DNA of 36,768 nt from a virus (IMGVR_UViG_3300050132_000219:1-36768); one strand, 5' to 3'. Shown: positions 25,384 through 34,284, counted from the first letter of the stretch. Translations and numbers: made by a program. The notes: generated by a model from the letters alone, not told the origin.

Positions 25384-26628
25384 TTAAGACTCCGGCGTTT
25401 CCGCTTTGACTTTTATTAAGCTGGGGGCCGCGTTAGACTTGTCGATCGCTTTTTCTATATACTGTTTGAGTTGTACCAGGATTTGTTGATCCTCTTCTGT
25501 AACGGCAAAAAGCTCGGCGTCTTCAAATACGGCCGCCACATCTGCGGGAGTTTCCAATGTCGGGGCCTTGAATACTTGTGTTTGCAGTTTGACGGCCAAA
25601 CCCGGAGACAAGGAACTGATCGCTGCCGCAATGAATTCCTGCGCAGCGTCAAGGGCTTTCCATTTCTGCATCAGCCGCCCGGGTTTCAGGTCATACCCCG
25701 GCAAGACTTTAGGATTCGCAATGAGTGCTTCTTTGGCTTGGAGAATCACCGCGTCGCACCAAGGCAATAACTGCTGGGCCAATTGCAGGGATGACAATAG
25801 GTTTTCAGGTTTGACCTTTGCGGTGGTTTTAGCTTTTGGCGCGGGGCCGGCAAATTCTTTGACTGCCGCCGCTTTTGCCACTTTGGCATATTCAGGGCAA
25901 ATCGGTTTGGCCCGACACCAGAAACAGCCCTTGTCCGACATGACGATTGGCGCGAACATGTCGTCAGTAAGGTTTGCCGCCTGGACCAGCCGCTCTTCAA
26001 AGGCGTCAAGGTACTCTGCCGTGCAAGTCCAGGTTGAGTCTTTGCCCCTGGGCTGATAGATCTTCAACTCAATGGCCTTCGGATTGACCTGGAACGTTCT
26101 GCGCGCGCCTACGGCATACCCAAGGAGTTGTGTATTCTCTGTCGCGCTGACAGGTACCCGGCCGAATTTCAAATCACCGACGTGAAGAACTTGCGCCTTT
26201 TTGGCCCCGCGTATATTGACCAGATCGCTGGTGCCTCCGAGATTGGGATGCAAGTCTTTAAAATCAAGGTCGACTTCGATATGGAGGTCCCCATCTAAGG
26301 CAAGAACCTCTTGCGCATACTTTTTACAGTGTTCAACAATGTAAGGGTCGTAACTCTCGGGGATTTGAGGTAGGGTTACTGGTTTGCCAAGCGCTTGCCT
26401 GAACAAGAGTTCTGAAATCGTATGGGCCAAAGTTCCTTCTTTGGCCGCTTCAGACGAAGTCTGTATTGATGTAATACTGCGAGACAGCGCGATAGATGCC
26501 GGACAGGTCATAAAACGCTCGGCTTGGCTCATTGACAGGATGGCGTGCGGCCGGTCCTCATGCACTTGCATTGGCGGGAGGTGCAAACGCTCTTGTAACG
26601 GTATGGGTTGGGTGCTGCTTTTTTTCAT
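25384..26628 (-). CDS. DUF2800 Cas4-like PD-(D/E)XK exonuclease
   Basis: HA.LS.S...R...CPAS, EGTLAH, GTSD, DLKFG, NTQL..YA.G, IYQPR and CFWC....IC. Confidence 0.88.
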   Translation of the reverse strand: MKKSSTQPIPLQERLHLPPMQVHEDRPHAILSMSQAERFMTCPASIALSRSITSIQTSSEAAKEGTLAHTISELLFRQALGKPVTLPQIPESYDPYIVEHCKKYAQEVLALDGDLHIEVDLDFKDLHPNLGGTSDLVNIRGAKKAQVLHVGDLKFGRVPVSATENTQLLGYAVGARRTFQVNPKAIELKIYQPRGKDSTWTCTAEYLDAFEERLVQAANLTDDMFAPIVMSDKGCFWCRAKPICPEYAKVAKAAAVKEFAGPAPKAKTTAKVKPENLLSSLQLAQQLLPWCDAVILQAKEALIANPKVLPGYDLKPGRLMQKWKALDAAQEFIAAAISSLSPGLAVKLQTQVFKAPTLETPADVAAVFEDAELFAVTEEDQQILVQLKQYIEKAIDKSNAAPSLIKVKAETPES

Positions 26629-27977
26629 GATTGACTTTCAGTTAAAGTTTGGATAGTTGCTAAGGTAAAAAACTTGGTCGGTAATGCGGTTACTGATGGT
26701 GGCGCGGTTGAAGACGGGATGACCTGGGAGATGACGGACATCTTTTTAAGGATTGTCTGCAAAATGTAATGGTCAAGCGAGGTCTCAATGGTTAACAGGT
26801 AAGCAAGGGCCGCAGAGTTGACCTTGTTAAGATTTTCGACCCGCGCTGTGGCCTGCTCTAATAATGATGGACTCCAAGTGGTTTCTACAAAAGCCACGGT
26901 ATCTGCAATGCTGAGGTCAATGCCTTCGGAACAAGCAATGATATTGCCGATAAACACCCGACACTCCGGGCGGGTCATGAAGATAGTTCGCCGCGCTTCC
27001 CGCCGGGCCATCGGGGTATCGCCTTTGACCGTTACCGGGCGGAAAGTTTTCAACCCTGCGGCCAACCCGTCTATCACGTCGATATGATAGCCGAAAACTA
27101 CGATTTTCATCTCAGGTTCTTCATTGAGCAGCCCGGTGATGAAGTCAATGCAGTCCGGTAGTTTTTTTATAGCGGCTTCATGCAGGATCTCGGAGAGGCC
27201 CTCGATAGATAGAATAGGATTTTGTAAAGTCGTAAGCTCATCCTTGTTGAACTGGGACTCCTGCTTAGATACAGGACGGTCAAAAGTGATAAGCCTGTAC
27301 TCCGGAGGTGTGTACCCTTTGAACACCTGGTCTTTGCTGCGACGGAGGATATGCGGCTTGATGAGGGCTTTCAGCTCCGGTAGGTTGGCTGCGCCAGAAA
27401 CGTCCAAACCCCACGGCGCGACCCAGGCCTTGCAAAAGTGATGGGCGTAATCGTACCAGGCCATCTTCGTAATCTTCAAGCCACTGAGTACAGACCAGAG
27501 ATTGATCGGGCGGTTGAGCATGAGAGTGCCAGAGAGCGCATAGACTATGCTCGCCTTATCCATCAGCTTTAATGCGGCCTTGGTACGTTGGGCAGTCTTA
27601 CTCTGCATCCGATGTACTTCATCAAGAATAAGGATCTGGGGCTTGTATTTTGCAGGCAGAAACTTTATAAGACCCCAAGGTACGATGACTGCGCCATAGA
27701 AGGTTGCTGGCGGGCCTTTGGTTGCAGAAACTTGGCCATCGACCATATAGATATGCGTCGTCCCTTTTATAGACAAGTCGTTGATGGCGTCACGCCATAC
27801 ATACTTCACCCCTGATGGCACGACAATCAGGATTGTCTGCTTTGACTGTAGCCGTTCTAAAGCTACAACTACTGTGGGGAAAGTTTTTCCAAGTCTCGGA
27901 GAATCTGCGAGTATCGCATAGTTACGTTGTCGCAGGAAGTCAGCGGCTTCTTCCTGATGCGGTTTGAGTACGATCAT
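26625..27977 (-). CDS. SNF2-like superfamily 2 helicase
   Basis: LKPHQ Q-motif, LGKT, DEVH, LSGT, EGIDL and QA.AR. SD GGAG before ATG 27977. Confidence 0.9.
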   Translation of the reverse strand: MIVLKPHQEEAADFLRQRNYAILADSPRLGKTFPTVVVALERLQSKQTILIVVPSGVKYVWRDAINDLSIKGTTHIYMVDGQVSATKGPPATFYGAVIVPWGLIKFLPAKYKPQILILDEVHRMQSKTAQRTKAALKLMDKASIVYALSGTLMLNRPINLWSVLSGLKITKMAWYDYAHHFCKAWVAPWGLDVSGAANLPELKALIKPHILRRSKDQVFKGYTPPEYRLITFDRPVSKQESQFNKDELTTLQNPILSIEGLSEILHEAAIKKLPDCIDFITGLLNEEPEMKIVVFGYHIDVIDGLAAGLKTFRPVTVKGDTPMARREARRTIFMTRPECRVFIGNIIACSEGIDLSIADTVAFVETTWSPSLLEQATARVENLNKVNSAALAYLLTIETSLDHYILQTILKKMSVISQVIPSSTAPPSVTALPTKFFTLATIQTLTESQS

Positions 27978-28056
27978 AACAGTAAGGCTCCAGTGTAAGT
28001 GGTAAGACACACATCATAGGGCCAAAAGTTTAAAAACCTACAGTGTGTCAAAAATA

Positions 28057-28104
28057 AAAATATTTTTTAAATTTCTTAAAAGTCTGGTTCTTTTGTGGTA
28101 TCAT
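28057..28104 (+). promoter_or_regulatory. Putative sigma70-type promoter with AT-rich upstream element
   Basis: AAAATATTTTTTAAATTTCTTAAA, then extended -10 TGgTATCAT. Lies in the divergent intergenic region. Confidence 0.55.
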
Positions 28105-28173
28105 TTCTTCACTTGGTCAATTCCGACCAGGTAAACTGTCAAAAAACTTAACTGTTCTAAAGGAACTGAAATC

Positions 28174-28815
28174 ATGAGTAAAAAAGTAGTTACCGGTCGT
28201 GTTCGCTTCAGCTATTTCAACGCATTCAAACCGCGGTTGAATACCCTGAGTAACAAGTCTGAATTCTCGACCCAAATCCTGGTACCTAAGTCTGACGTCA
28301 CAACCATTGCTGCTATCAAGGCCGCCATCTCTGAAGCCGTGACCGACAAGTTCGGTGGCAAGCGCCCGGTGGGCCTGCGCAACCCGCTGAAAAACGGCGA
28401 TGCCATTGTTGACGAGGGAGCAACGGCTTTGGGCAAAGAGTATGCGGGGCATTACTACTTCAGCGCGAAAGCATCTGAAGACAAACCACCACAGATCGTA
28501 GATGCTGAAGGCCAGTCCATTCTGTCGGCGCAAGAGTTCGGCAGCGGCGATTATGGCCGGGTGAGCGTGACCTTCTATGGGTACGATCAAAAGGTCAACA
28601 AGGGGGTGTCCGCGTGGTTGAATAATATCCAGTTCCTTGAAAAAGGAGAAGCCCTTGACGGCCGGTCTACTGCTGAAGAAGACTTCGCGCAGCCTATCAA
28701 AAAAGCGGCCCCAAAGGCTGCGGCACCAGTAGTTAAGACAGCGGCGCCGAAAAAACCTGCGGTTGAAGAGCCTGAAACCGATGAGGCCGACAGCGCCGAG
28801 GAGGACTGGGCCTAA
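28174..28815 (+). CDS. DUF2815 ssDNA-binding protein
   Basis: RFSY, FS...L.PK.D, NPLKNGD, SG.YGR.S and NKGV...LNNIQ....GE, with acidic tail ending DWA. Confidence 0.9.
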   Translation: MSKKVVTGRVRFSYFNAFKPRLNTLSNKSEFSTQILVPKSDVTTIAAIKAAISEAVTDKFGGKRPVGLRNPLKNGDAIVDEGATALGKEYAGHYYFSAKASEDKPPQIVDAEGQSILSAQEFGSGDYGRVSVTFYGYDQKVNKGVSAWLNNIQFLEKGEALDGRSTAEEDFAQPIKKAAPKAAAPVVKTAAPKKPAVEEPETDEADSAEEDWA

Positions 28816-28823
28816 CAATTTAC

Positions 28824-28890
28824 GAGGGGAAAGCAGATAGCGCAGGCCCGGGAGTTATGCCTCGGTATCCACGCCGCAGCGAGTACCCTC
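28824..28890 (+). ncRNA. Candidate structured RNA with bulged-G (loop E) motif
   Basis: Closing stem GAGGG/CCCTC, GAA opposite AGTA, inner GCG/CGC and CCGGG/CTCGG stems. Confidence 0.5.
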
Positions 28891-28895
28891 ACCCT

Positions 28896-28976
28896 GGACG
28901 TTTGACCGAGTGGCCGAAGGTGTCGGACTGTAAATCCGATCGTAATTGCACGTTGGTTCGAATCCAACAGCGTCCA
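28896..28976 (+). tRNA. tRNA-Tyr (GTA)
   Basis: Acceptor GGACGTT/AGCGTCC, D-arm with TGG, anticodon arm TCGGA-CTGTAAA-TCCGA, T-arm GTTGG-TTCGAAT-CCAAC, discriminator A. CCA is not encoded (CCG). Confidence 0.92.
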
Positions 28977-28996
28977 CCGTACTTATTGGACTTTTT

Positions 28997-29374
28997 ATGA
29001 CTGAAACTGTTAACACTGTAGCGGCCATGGCCCGCAAATTTGGCCTTGAGTACCTTGGGACTCCACGCCATTTGTCTCCTGAAGAAAAGATTTTCCGAGT
29101 CACTTGCTTGGCCGAAGAAGTCGACGAGTACATTGACGCGAAGACCAAGGCCGATGAGTTCGACGCCTTGCTTGACTTGCTGGTATTTACTATTGGCACG
29201 ATGCTCCGTCAAGGCTTTCCGATTCTGCCAGGCTTCCAGCGAGTGATGGCTGCAAACATGATGAAGCGGCCAGCCCTAGTACGGGCGGCCAGCAAACGAA
29301 ATTTTGAACTGGATTTGGTCAAACCTGTTGGCTGGGTACCCCCGATTCTCTCGGATCTTGTAGGAGAGCTTTGA
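28997..29374 (+). CDS. MazG-like (PRA-PH family) nucleotide pyrophosphohydrolase
   Basis: LAEEVDEY...DALLDL...V..ANM.K...KP.GW.PP. ATG 28997 chosen because the longer ORF overlaps the tRNA. Confidence 0.82.
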   Translation: MTETVNTVAAMARKFGLEYLGTPRHLSPEEKIFRVTCLAEEVDEYIDAKTKADEFDALLDLLVFTIGTMLRQGFPILPGFQRVMAANMMKRPALVRAASKRNFELDLVKPVGWVPPILSDLVGEL

Positions 29375-29376
29375 AA

Positions 29377-29571
29377 ATGAAACAGGAATTTACACAAGAG
29401 CAGATGTCCTGGTATCAAGTCTATGAGGCAGTACGCAGCGGCGGGGCCTACAACATGTTTGACCCCCGTGCCCTGGAATCGACAGGCCTTGCAAAGAATG
29501 AGTACTTGTTCGTGTTGAATAACTTCAGTGCGATGACGACAGCGATGGAGGTCTCTCATGAGCAACCATGA
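29377..29571 (+). CDS. Small protein, DUF5049-like
   Basis: VRSGGAYNMFD motif; SD GGAGAG. Confidence 0.65.
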   Translation: MKQEFTQEQMSWYQVYEAVRSGGAYNMFDPRALESTGLAKNEYLFVLNNFSAMTTAMEVSHEQP

Positions 29572-29761
29572 CTACGTAGAAATCGATTGTGAAGTCAAAG
29601 TCGAGACCGATCATGCCTATTTGATATTTGATGGCAAAACCGAAGCTTGGGTACCTAAATCCCAGGTCTCTGATTTCAGCGATGAAGCACGCAATGGCCG
29701 TACTGTCATTACCAGTGTCTTCATCCCAGAATGGCTTGCAAATAAAAAAGGATTGATATGA
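29558..29761 (+). CDS. Small phage hypothetical protein
   Basis: ETDHAYL...WVPKSQV...IPEWLA; SD GGAGG. Confidence 0.75.
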   Translation: MSNHDYVEIDCEVKVETDHAYLIFDGKTEAWVPKSQVSDFSDEARNGRTVITSVFIPEWLANKKGLI

Positions 29762-30147
29762 TTACCTTAGCTGTTGGCCTGGTTGAGCCTACCAATACAA
29801 AGCCTACCAATACAAAGCCTACCAATACAAAGCCCACTGGCTCCGACCTTGAGAGCCAAGAACCGGTAGACTCCATTTCTGCGGTCCTCGCCGAGCGCGG
29901 GACTAAGTATGGGGCTTTCATTAACCATGCCGAGATCTGCCAAGATCTGAAACTGGCGATCAAATTGCATCTTGATAATCGGCAAAAAAGTTTGCACTAC
30001 GACCAACAAGAAGCCCTGGATATGATCTGCCACAAGATTGCCCGTATTATCAATGGCGATGCAGACTACGCCGACTCCTGGGTCGACATTGCCGGCTATG
30101 CCAAACTGGTGGCCGACCGCCTGGAGAAGATGCATGCAGAGCTATAA
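29758..30147 (+). CDS. DUF6378-like protein
   Basis: ERG.KYG.F...KIAR...G......DSWVDIAGY. Confidence 0.78.
   Translation: MITLAVGLVEPTNTKPTNTKPTNTKPTGSDLESQEPVDSISAVLAERGTKYGAFINHAEICQDLKLAIKLHLDNRQKSLHYDQQEALDMICHKIARIINGDADYADSWVDIAGYAKLVADRLEKMHAEL
29786..29834. repeat. 15-bp perfect tandem repeat, 3 copies
   Basis: AGCCTACCAATACAA x3, encoding PTNTK repeats. Confidence 0.95.
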
Positions 30148-30973
30148 AAATTTACTGACCAAAGTGCTGGCAATGGGAGAGCCGAAACCGTCACGCGCCG
30201 GAATGACTATCTTCTTGCCGCACCAGCAATTGTCTCATGACTGTCGTAATGGGTTCCCGGCTTTGACCGGCCGAAAACTGCACTTCAAAAGTGTTGCTGC
30301 AGAATTGGATTGCTTTATCCACGGTATTTCTGACATCCGGGCCTTTCATGACCGCGGTTGCCACATCTGGGATGCCAACCTTGCGGACTACAACAAACGA
30401 CTCGGTAGACTAAGTAAGTTAGGTGGTGTGGACAATACTGACCTTGGCTTTATCTATGGCCGGGTCTGGCGGGGTCCTTATGATGACAGTGCTGACCAGC
30501 TGGCTTGGGTCCTTGCCGAAGCAAAGCGTGACCCCTCATCGCGCCGGCTATTCGTGACGGCCTGGGTTCATGAACTGGCGGTAGACCCAATGACCTGTGC
30601 CTTGCCGCCTTGTCATTTAAGCTTCCAGCTTACCATCAATAACGGTATGCTGGACCTTTGCTTTTACATGCGCTCTGTAGATCTTGCTCTGGGCCTGCCA
30701 TTCGACATGGCGTCCTACGCTTTACTTCAAGCGTTAATTGCCAATGACTTGGGACTGCGACCACGGTACCTCACCGGGTTTCTCGCCGATGCGCACATTT
30801 ACGAGCAGAACAGAGACGCCGTGACCGAGTACCTGGGCCGGGAGTTATTCGCCTTGCCAACCTTGGTACTGGACCTGCCGCCGGGAAGGGCTATCGAAGC
30901 TTTTGATTACTCCCAGGCCTCACTTGATCATTATCAGCATGGAGCGGCGATTAAGACGTCGATGGCCGTATGA
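30134..30973 (+). CDS. Thymidylate synthase-fold enzyme with dCMP-type specificity residue
   Basis: SRR, LPPCH, YMRSVDLALGLPFD and AHIY. Likely start MQSYKNLL at 30134. Confidence 0.9.
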   Translation: MQSYKNLLTKVLAMGEPKPSRAGMTIFLPHQQLSHDCRNGFPALTGRKLHFKSVAAELDCFIHGISDIRAFHDRGCHIWDANLADYNKRLGRLSKLGGVDNTDLGFIYGRVWRGPYDDSADQLAWVLAEAKRDPSSRRLFVTAWVHELAVDPMTCALPPCHLSFQLTINNGMLDLCFYMRSVDLALGLPFDMASYALLQALIANDLGLRPRYLTGFLADAHIYEQNRDAVTEYLGRELFALPTLVLDLPPGRAIEAFDYSQASLDHYQHGAAIKTSMAV

Positions 30974-31425
30974 CCCTCCGTGCTACTTTTGAAGGGTACC
31001 TTCTTGCTTTAGCGGTTGTCGCGGCGCGCCAAGGAACTTGTAGTAAACGGCAAGTCGGTTGCGTCATAGCCAATACTAATAACCGAGTCATTAGTATTGG
31101 GTACAACGGTGTTGCTGCAGGGCGAGCTCATTGTATTGATTCCCCATGTAAAGCTGTTACTGAGAGGGCCCCCGTTTCACATATCAAGTGCATGAGTCAA
31201 CACGCCGAAATCTCAGCCCTAATACAAGCCGGTGCGGCTACTTACGGTGGGACAATGGCGATAACGACATCACCTTGTGCCTCTTGCACAATCGCGCTTA
31301 TTACTGCTGGAGTAAAACGGTTAGTTTTTAGTGAAGTAAATAGACTTTGGGACAATGAGATAGACTATGAGGTTTCTCCATATCAATTAGTAACTGAGGC
31401 TAAAATATCATGGGCCCTAGTATAA
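30970..31425 (+). CDS. dCMP deaminase
   Basis: C.KRQVG...IGYNG...HAE.SA...SPCASC. Confidence 0.9.
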   Translation: MTLRATFEGYLLALAVVAARQGTCSKRQVGCVIANTNNRVISIGYNGVAAGRAHCIDSPCKAVTERAPVSHIKCMSQHAEISALIQAGAATYGGTMAITTSPCASCTIALITAGVKRLVFSEVNRLWDNEIDYEVSPYQLVTEAKISWALV

Positions 31426-32114
31426 AGCAATGCGCTTGTTGTAAAGAGACAAAGCATAAAAGTGACTTTGGCTTTGCCTCTAGATACTCAGATAAGCTAT
31501 ACGTGTACTGTAGGGCCTGTGTTGCACAGAAAGGTCAAATTCTCAAACAAAATAGAGAGGTAACCCCCGCACTTAAAGCTAAATGGAAAGCGCGTACAGA
31601 CTTACGAAGAAGCACCCCAGAAGGACGTGAAGAGATTAGAGCGGCAAATAGAAAGTACCTCGCTAATAAACGACAGGACCCTATTTATCGTGCAGCGGAT
31701 AGACTTAGGAGTTTAATTTATCATAAGACGCATCCTAATGGGCTATACGCAAAAATAAGAAAAGACCCAATCTTTGCTCTAAGTGTGCGTGTTAGAGGCC
31801 TAATAAAAATGGCACTTAAAAATAAGCAAGTAGCTAAGGCCTCAAAAACAGAGGTTTTTTTAGGTTGCGACTACGAATTTTTTAGCTTATACCTTGAACT
31901 TCAATTTACCGAAGGTATGTCATGGGAAAACTTAGGTCAATGGCATCTAGATCATAAAACCCCAATTAGTTGGGCCACAACGACAGAAGAAGTGATTAAA
32001 CTAAATCATTTTTCAAACTTTCAACCCTTATGGGCTAAAGACAATTTAGCAAAAGGTAACAAGTTTAGCTCTTCTCGCATACCTATTATTGAAAGGCCAC
32101 CACATGACAACTAA
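31410..32114 (+). CDS. HNH-type homing endonuclease
   Basis: N-terminal CxxC...CxxC and GMSWEN.G.WHLDH..P...NH..N.QPLW..DN..KG; AT-rich. Confidence 0.85.
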   Translation: MGPSIKQCACCKETKHKSDFGFASRYSDKLYVYCRACVAQKGQILKQNREVTPALKAKWKARTDLRRSTPEGREEIRAANRKYLANKRQDPIYRAADRLRSLIYHKTHPNGLYAKIRKDPIFALSVRVRGLIKMALKNKQVAKASKTEVFLGCDYEFFSLYLELQFTEGMSWENLGQWHLDHKTPISWATTTEEVIKLNHFSNFQPLWAKDNLAKGNKFSSSRIPIIERPPHDN

Positions 32115-32325
32115 ACCCGCAGCAATGACTTCAAAAAACAAGCACGAGCACTTCGTCGGTGTCTACGTGTCAAAAAGTATTCTCCGAGCACTTGACAAAG
32201 CGGCCAACGCCGAAAGCACGTCCCGGAGTTTTATCATTCGCAAATTGTTAACTGAAAAACTGAAACAAAATGAAGCTATCACGCTCAGGTACTCAGCCCC
32301 CCACACAGGCAAGTCTTTCGATTGA
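32104..32325 (+). CDS. Ribbon-helix-helix (CopG-like) DNA-binding protein
   Basis: FVGVYV...LRALDKAA....TSRSFIIRKLL. Confidence 0.7.
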   Translation: MTTKPAAMTSKNKHEHFVGVYVSKSILRALDKAANAESTSRSFIIRKLLTEKLKQNEAITLRYSAPHTGKSFD

Positions 32326-34252
32326 CCTGGAGACGTGTAGCCCATTAGCTTTGCCTAAGGTTGGGGCGCATAAATACTCCGAGTGCCCAGACACAGTTAT
32401 TGTCTGCATGGCCTATAAGTTTGATGACGAGCCAATTGAGCTTTGGTCTTCTTTAGACTCTGATAGGCTACCTGATAGGGTCATTAAACACGCGGCTAAT
32501 GGCGGAAAACTTTGTGCCTTCAATGCTGGTTTTGAAATGCTCATGCTTTCAGGACATTGTGGCAAAAAGATTGGATGGCCAAAAACTAAGATTTCGCAGT
32601 GGCATGACTCCGCGGCTAAGGTTGCCGCTCATGGGCTACCACGCTCTCTAGGCAATGCCGCCTTAACCTTACCAGGGATTCCACACAAAGATGAGACGGG
32701 CAAGCGTGAGATGCTTAAACTTGCCAAACCCGCGTGGCTAGCTAAAGCGACTCCTGAGCAACTTGCTGCTCTTTATAGCTACTGTAAGCAAGATGTGTTA
32801 GTTGAGCACTCTATTGACCAGGTACTGCCTGACCTCAGTCCTTACGAGCAGGTCCTTTGGGAGGTCGACTACCAAATCAATAAACGCGGGTTCTTGGTTG
32901 ACCTGGACTTGGTAGGTAAGATTCAAAAGCTCATTGCCACCTATGTTGATGTAAAAGTAGCGCGATGCCTAGAACTCACTGGCGCTAGGCCCTCACAACG
33001 CGCAGTCATCATGGCTTGGTGCTGTGGACAAGGTTATATAGTCGACAGCTACACGGCGGATGACATTAAAGAGTATCTAAGAGATAAAGAGATACCCCCG
33101 CAAGTCCGTGAGGCTTTGGAGATACGGCAAGCGACTGCTTTTGCTGCAGTCAAAAAATACGCAGCCTTTGAACTCACTACCTGTGCAGACAGCCGTCTCA
33201 GAGGCATGTTCCTTTACCATGGCGCGGGTACTTCGAGATGGACCGGGAGAGGCGCCCAGCTTCACAATCTTTCACGCCCTGTCCTGTTAAAGACTCCAGA
33301 AGCCATCGCGGGGGCCATTAAACGGGTCCAGGCTGGTGTAAACCCGGTAGACCTGGACAAACAGGTATTGCCCGCCTTTAAAGACCTTGTGCGCTCCGTA
33401 TTGACCTCTCCGATAGGTCATACTTTAGAGGTCTCTGACTTCAGTTCTGTCGAAGCTCGCGTTCTTGGTTGGATGGCAAATGACCCTATCTACCAAAAGG
33501 CCTTTGCCGAAGACCTGGACCTTTACATAGTCACAGCATCGATGATTTATGGAGTGCCATATGCAGAAGTGACAGACGACCAGCGTTTCCTTGGCAAAGC
33601 CGCAGTACTGGGTCTTGGCTATTCTATGGGCAGTAAAAAGTTTATCGAGACGGTAGCCAAGACCGGCCGGATTGTGCCGGATGACCTTATCATCCGAGCG
33701 CATGCTGCCTATCGTGAGACATATAAGGCGATTGTAAAAATGTGGTCTGCCTTTGGTGACGCGTCTTTAAAGGTGGTGTCTACAGGCGTTACTCAACGAG
33801 TAGGCAAGTGCGTACTAGGGCTAAAAACACATTGCAAGGGGACTCCACAAGAGATCACTTTCATGTATGTCCAAAAACCCGGTGGCGGCAGACTGGCGTA
33901 CTACAGTCCTAAGATTGAGATGGTCGCCACACCCTGGGGCGAGAAACGCGCGGCCTTTACGGCTTTAGTGTTGAATGAGAAAACCAGGCAGCTAGAACGC
34001 AACCCAGTGCACGGTGGCTTGCTGGCGCAGCATGCCACGCAAGGCATTGCCCGTGACCTGCTGGCTAATGGGTTGATAAAAGCCCAAGAACATGGGGTAC
34101 CTGTAGTAGGTCATGTGCATGATGAAATAATTGCCGAGATGCCTAAGGATGGAACTCCACAACTTCCTGACCTCATGACTGACCTTCCTGACTGGGCGCA
34201 AGGGTTAAATGTCAAAGCCCATGGCTTTGTGGACAAACGGTACAGGAAATAA
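32270..34252 (+). CDS. Family A DNA polymerase (APSE/BPP-1 type)
   Basis: Exonuclease DLET, FNAGFE and YCKQD; motif A DFSSVEAR; motif B RFLGKAAVLGLGY; motif C VHDE. Confidence 0.95.
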   Translation: MKLSRSGTQPPTQASLSIDLETCSPLALPKVGAHKYSECPDTVIVCMAYKFDDEPIELWSSLDSDRLPDRVIKHAANGGKLCAFNAGFEMLMLSGHCGKKIGWPKTKISQWHDSAAKVAAHGLPRSLGNAALTLPGIPHKDETGKREMLKLAKPAWLAKATPEQLAALYSYCKQDVLVEHSIDQVLPDLSPYEQVLWEVDYQINKRGFLVDLDLVGKIQKLIATYVDVKVARCLELTGARPSQRAVIMAWCCGQGYIVDSYTADDIKEYLRDKEIPPQVREALEIRQATAFAAVKKYAAFELTTCADSRLRGMFLYHGAGTSRWTGRGAQLHNLSRPVLLKTPEAIAGAIKRVQAGVNPVDLDKQVLPAFKDLVRSVLTSPIGHTLEVSDFSSVEARVLGWMANDPIYQKAFAEDLDLYIVTASMIYGVPYAEVTDDQRFLGKAAVLGLGYSMGSKKFIETVAKTGRIVPDDLIIRAHAAYRETYKAIVKMWSAFGDASLKVVSTGVTQRVGKCVLGLKTHCKGTPQEITFMYVQKPGGGRLAYYSPKIEMVATPWGEKRAAFTALVLNEKTRQLERNPVHGGLLAQHATQGIARDLLANGLIKAQEHGVPVVGHVHDEIIAEMPKDGTPQLPDLMTDLPDWAQGLNVKAHGFVDKRYRK

Positions 34253-34284
34253 AGCAGCGCTCCTTCAAGAGTAGGACTGAGGCT

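Noticed and set aside
25384-26628. Cas4 as evidence of CRISPR-Cas
   Set aside because: DUF2800 is a standard phage replication/recombination nuclease; there are no other cas genes or arrays.
28824-28893. Second tRNA
   Set aside because: No TTC T-loop or cloverleaf; reported as an ncRNA candidate instead.
30038-30133. N-terminal extension of the TS-like ORF (and similar upstream extensions in the ORF track)
   Set aside because: It overlaps the upstream gene; the downstream ATG matches the expected family start.
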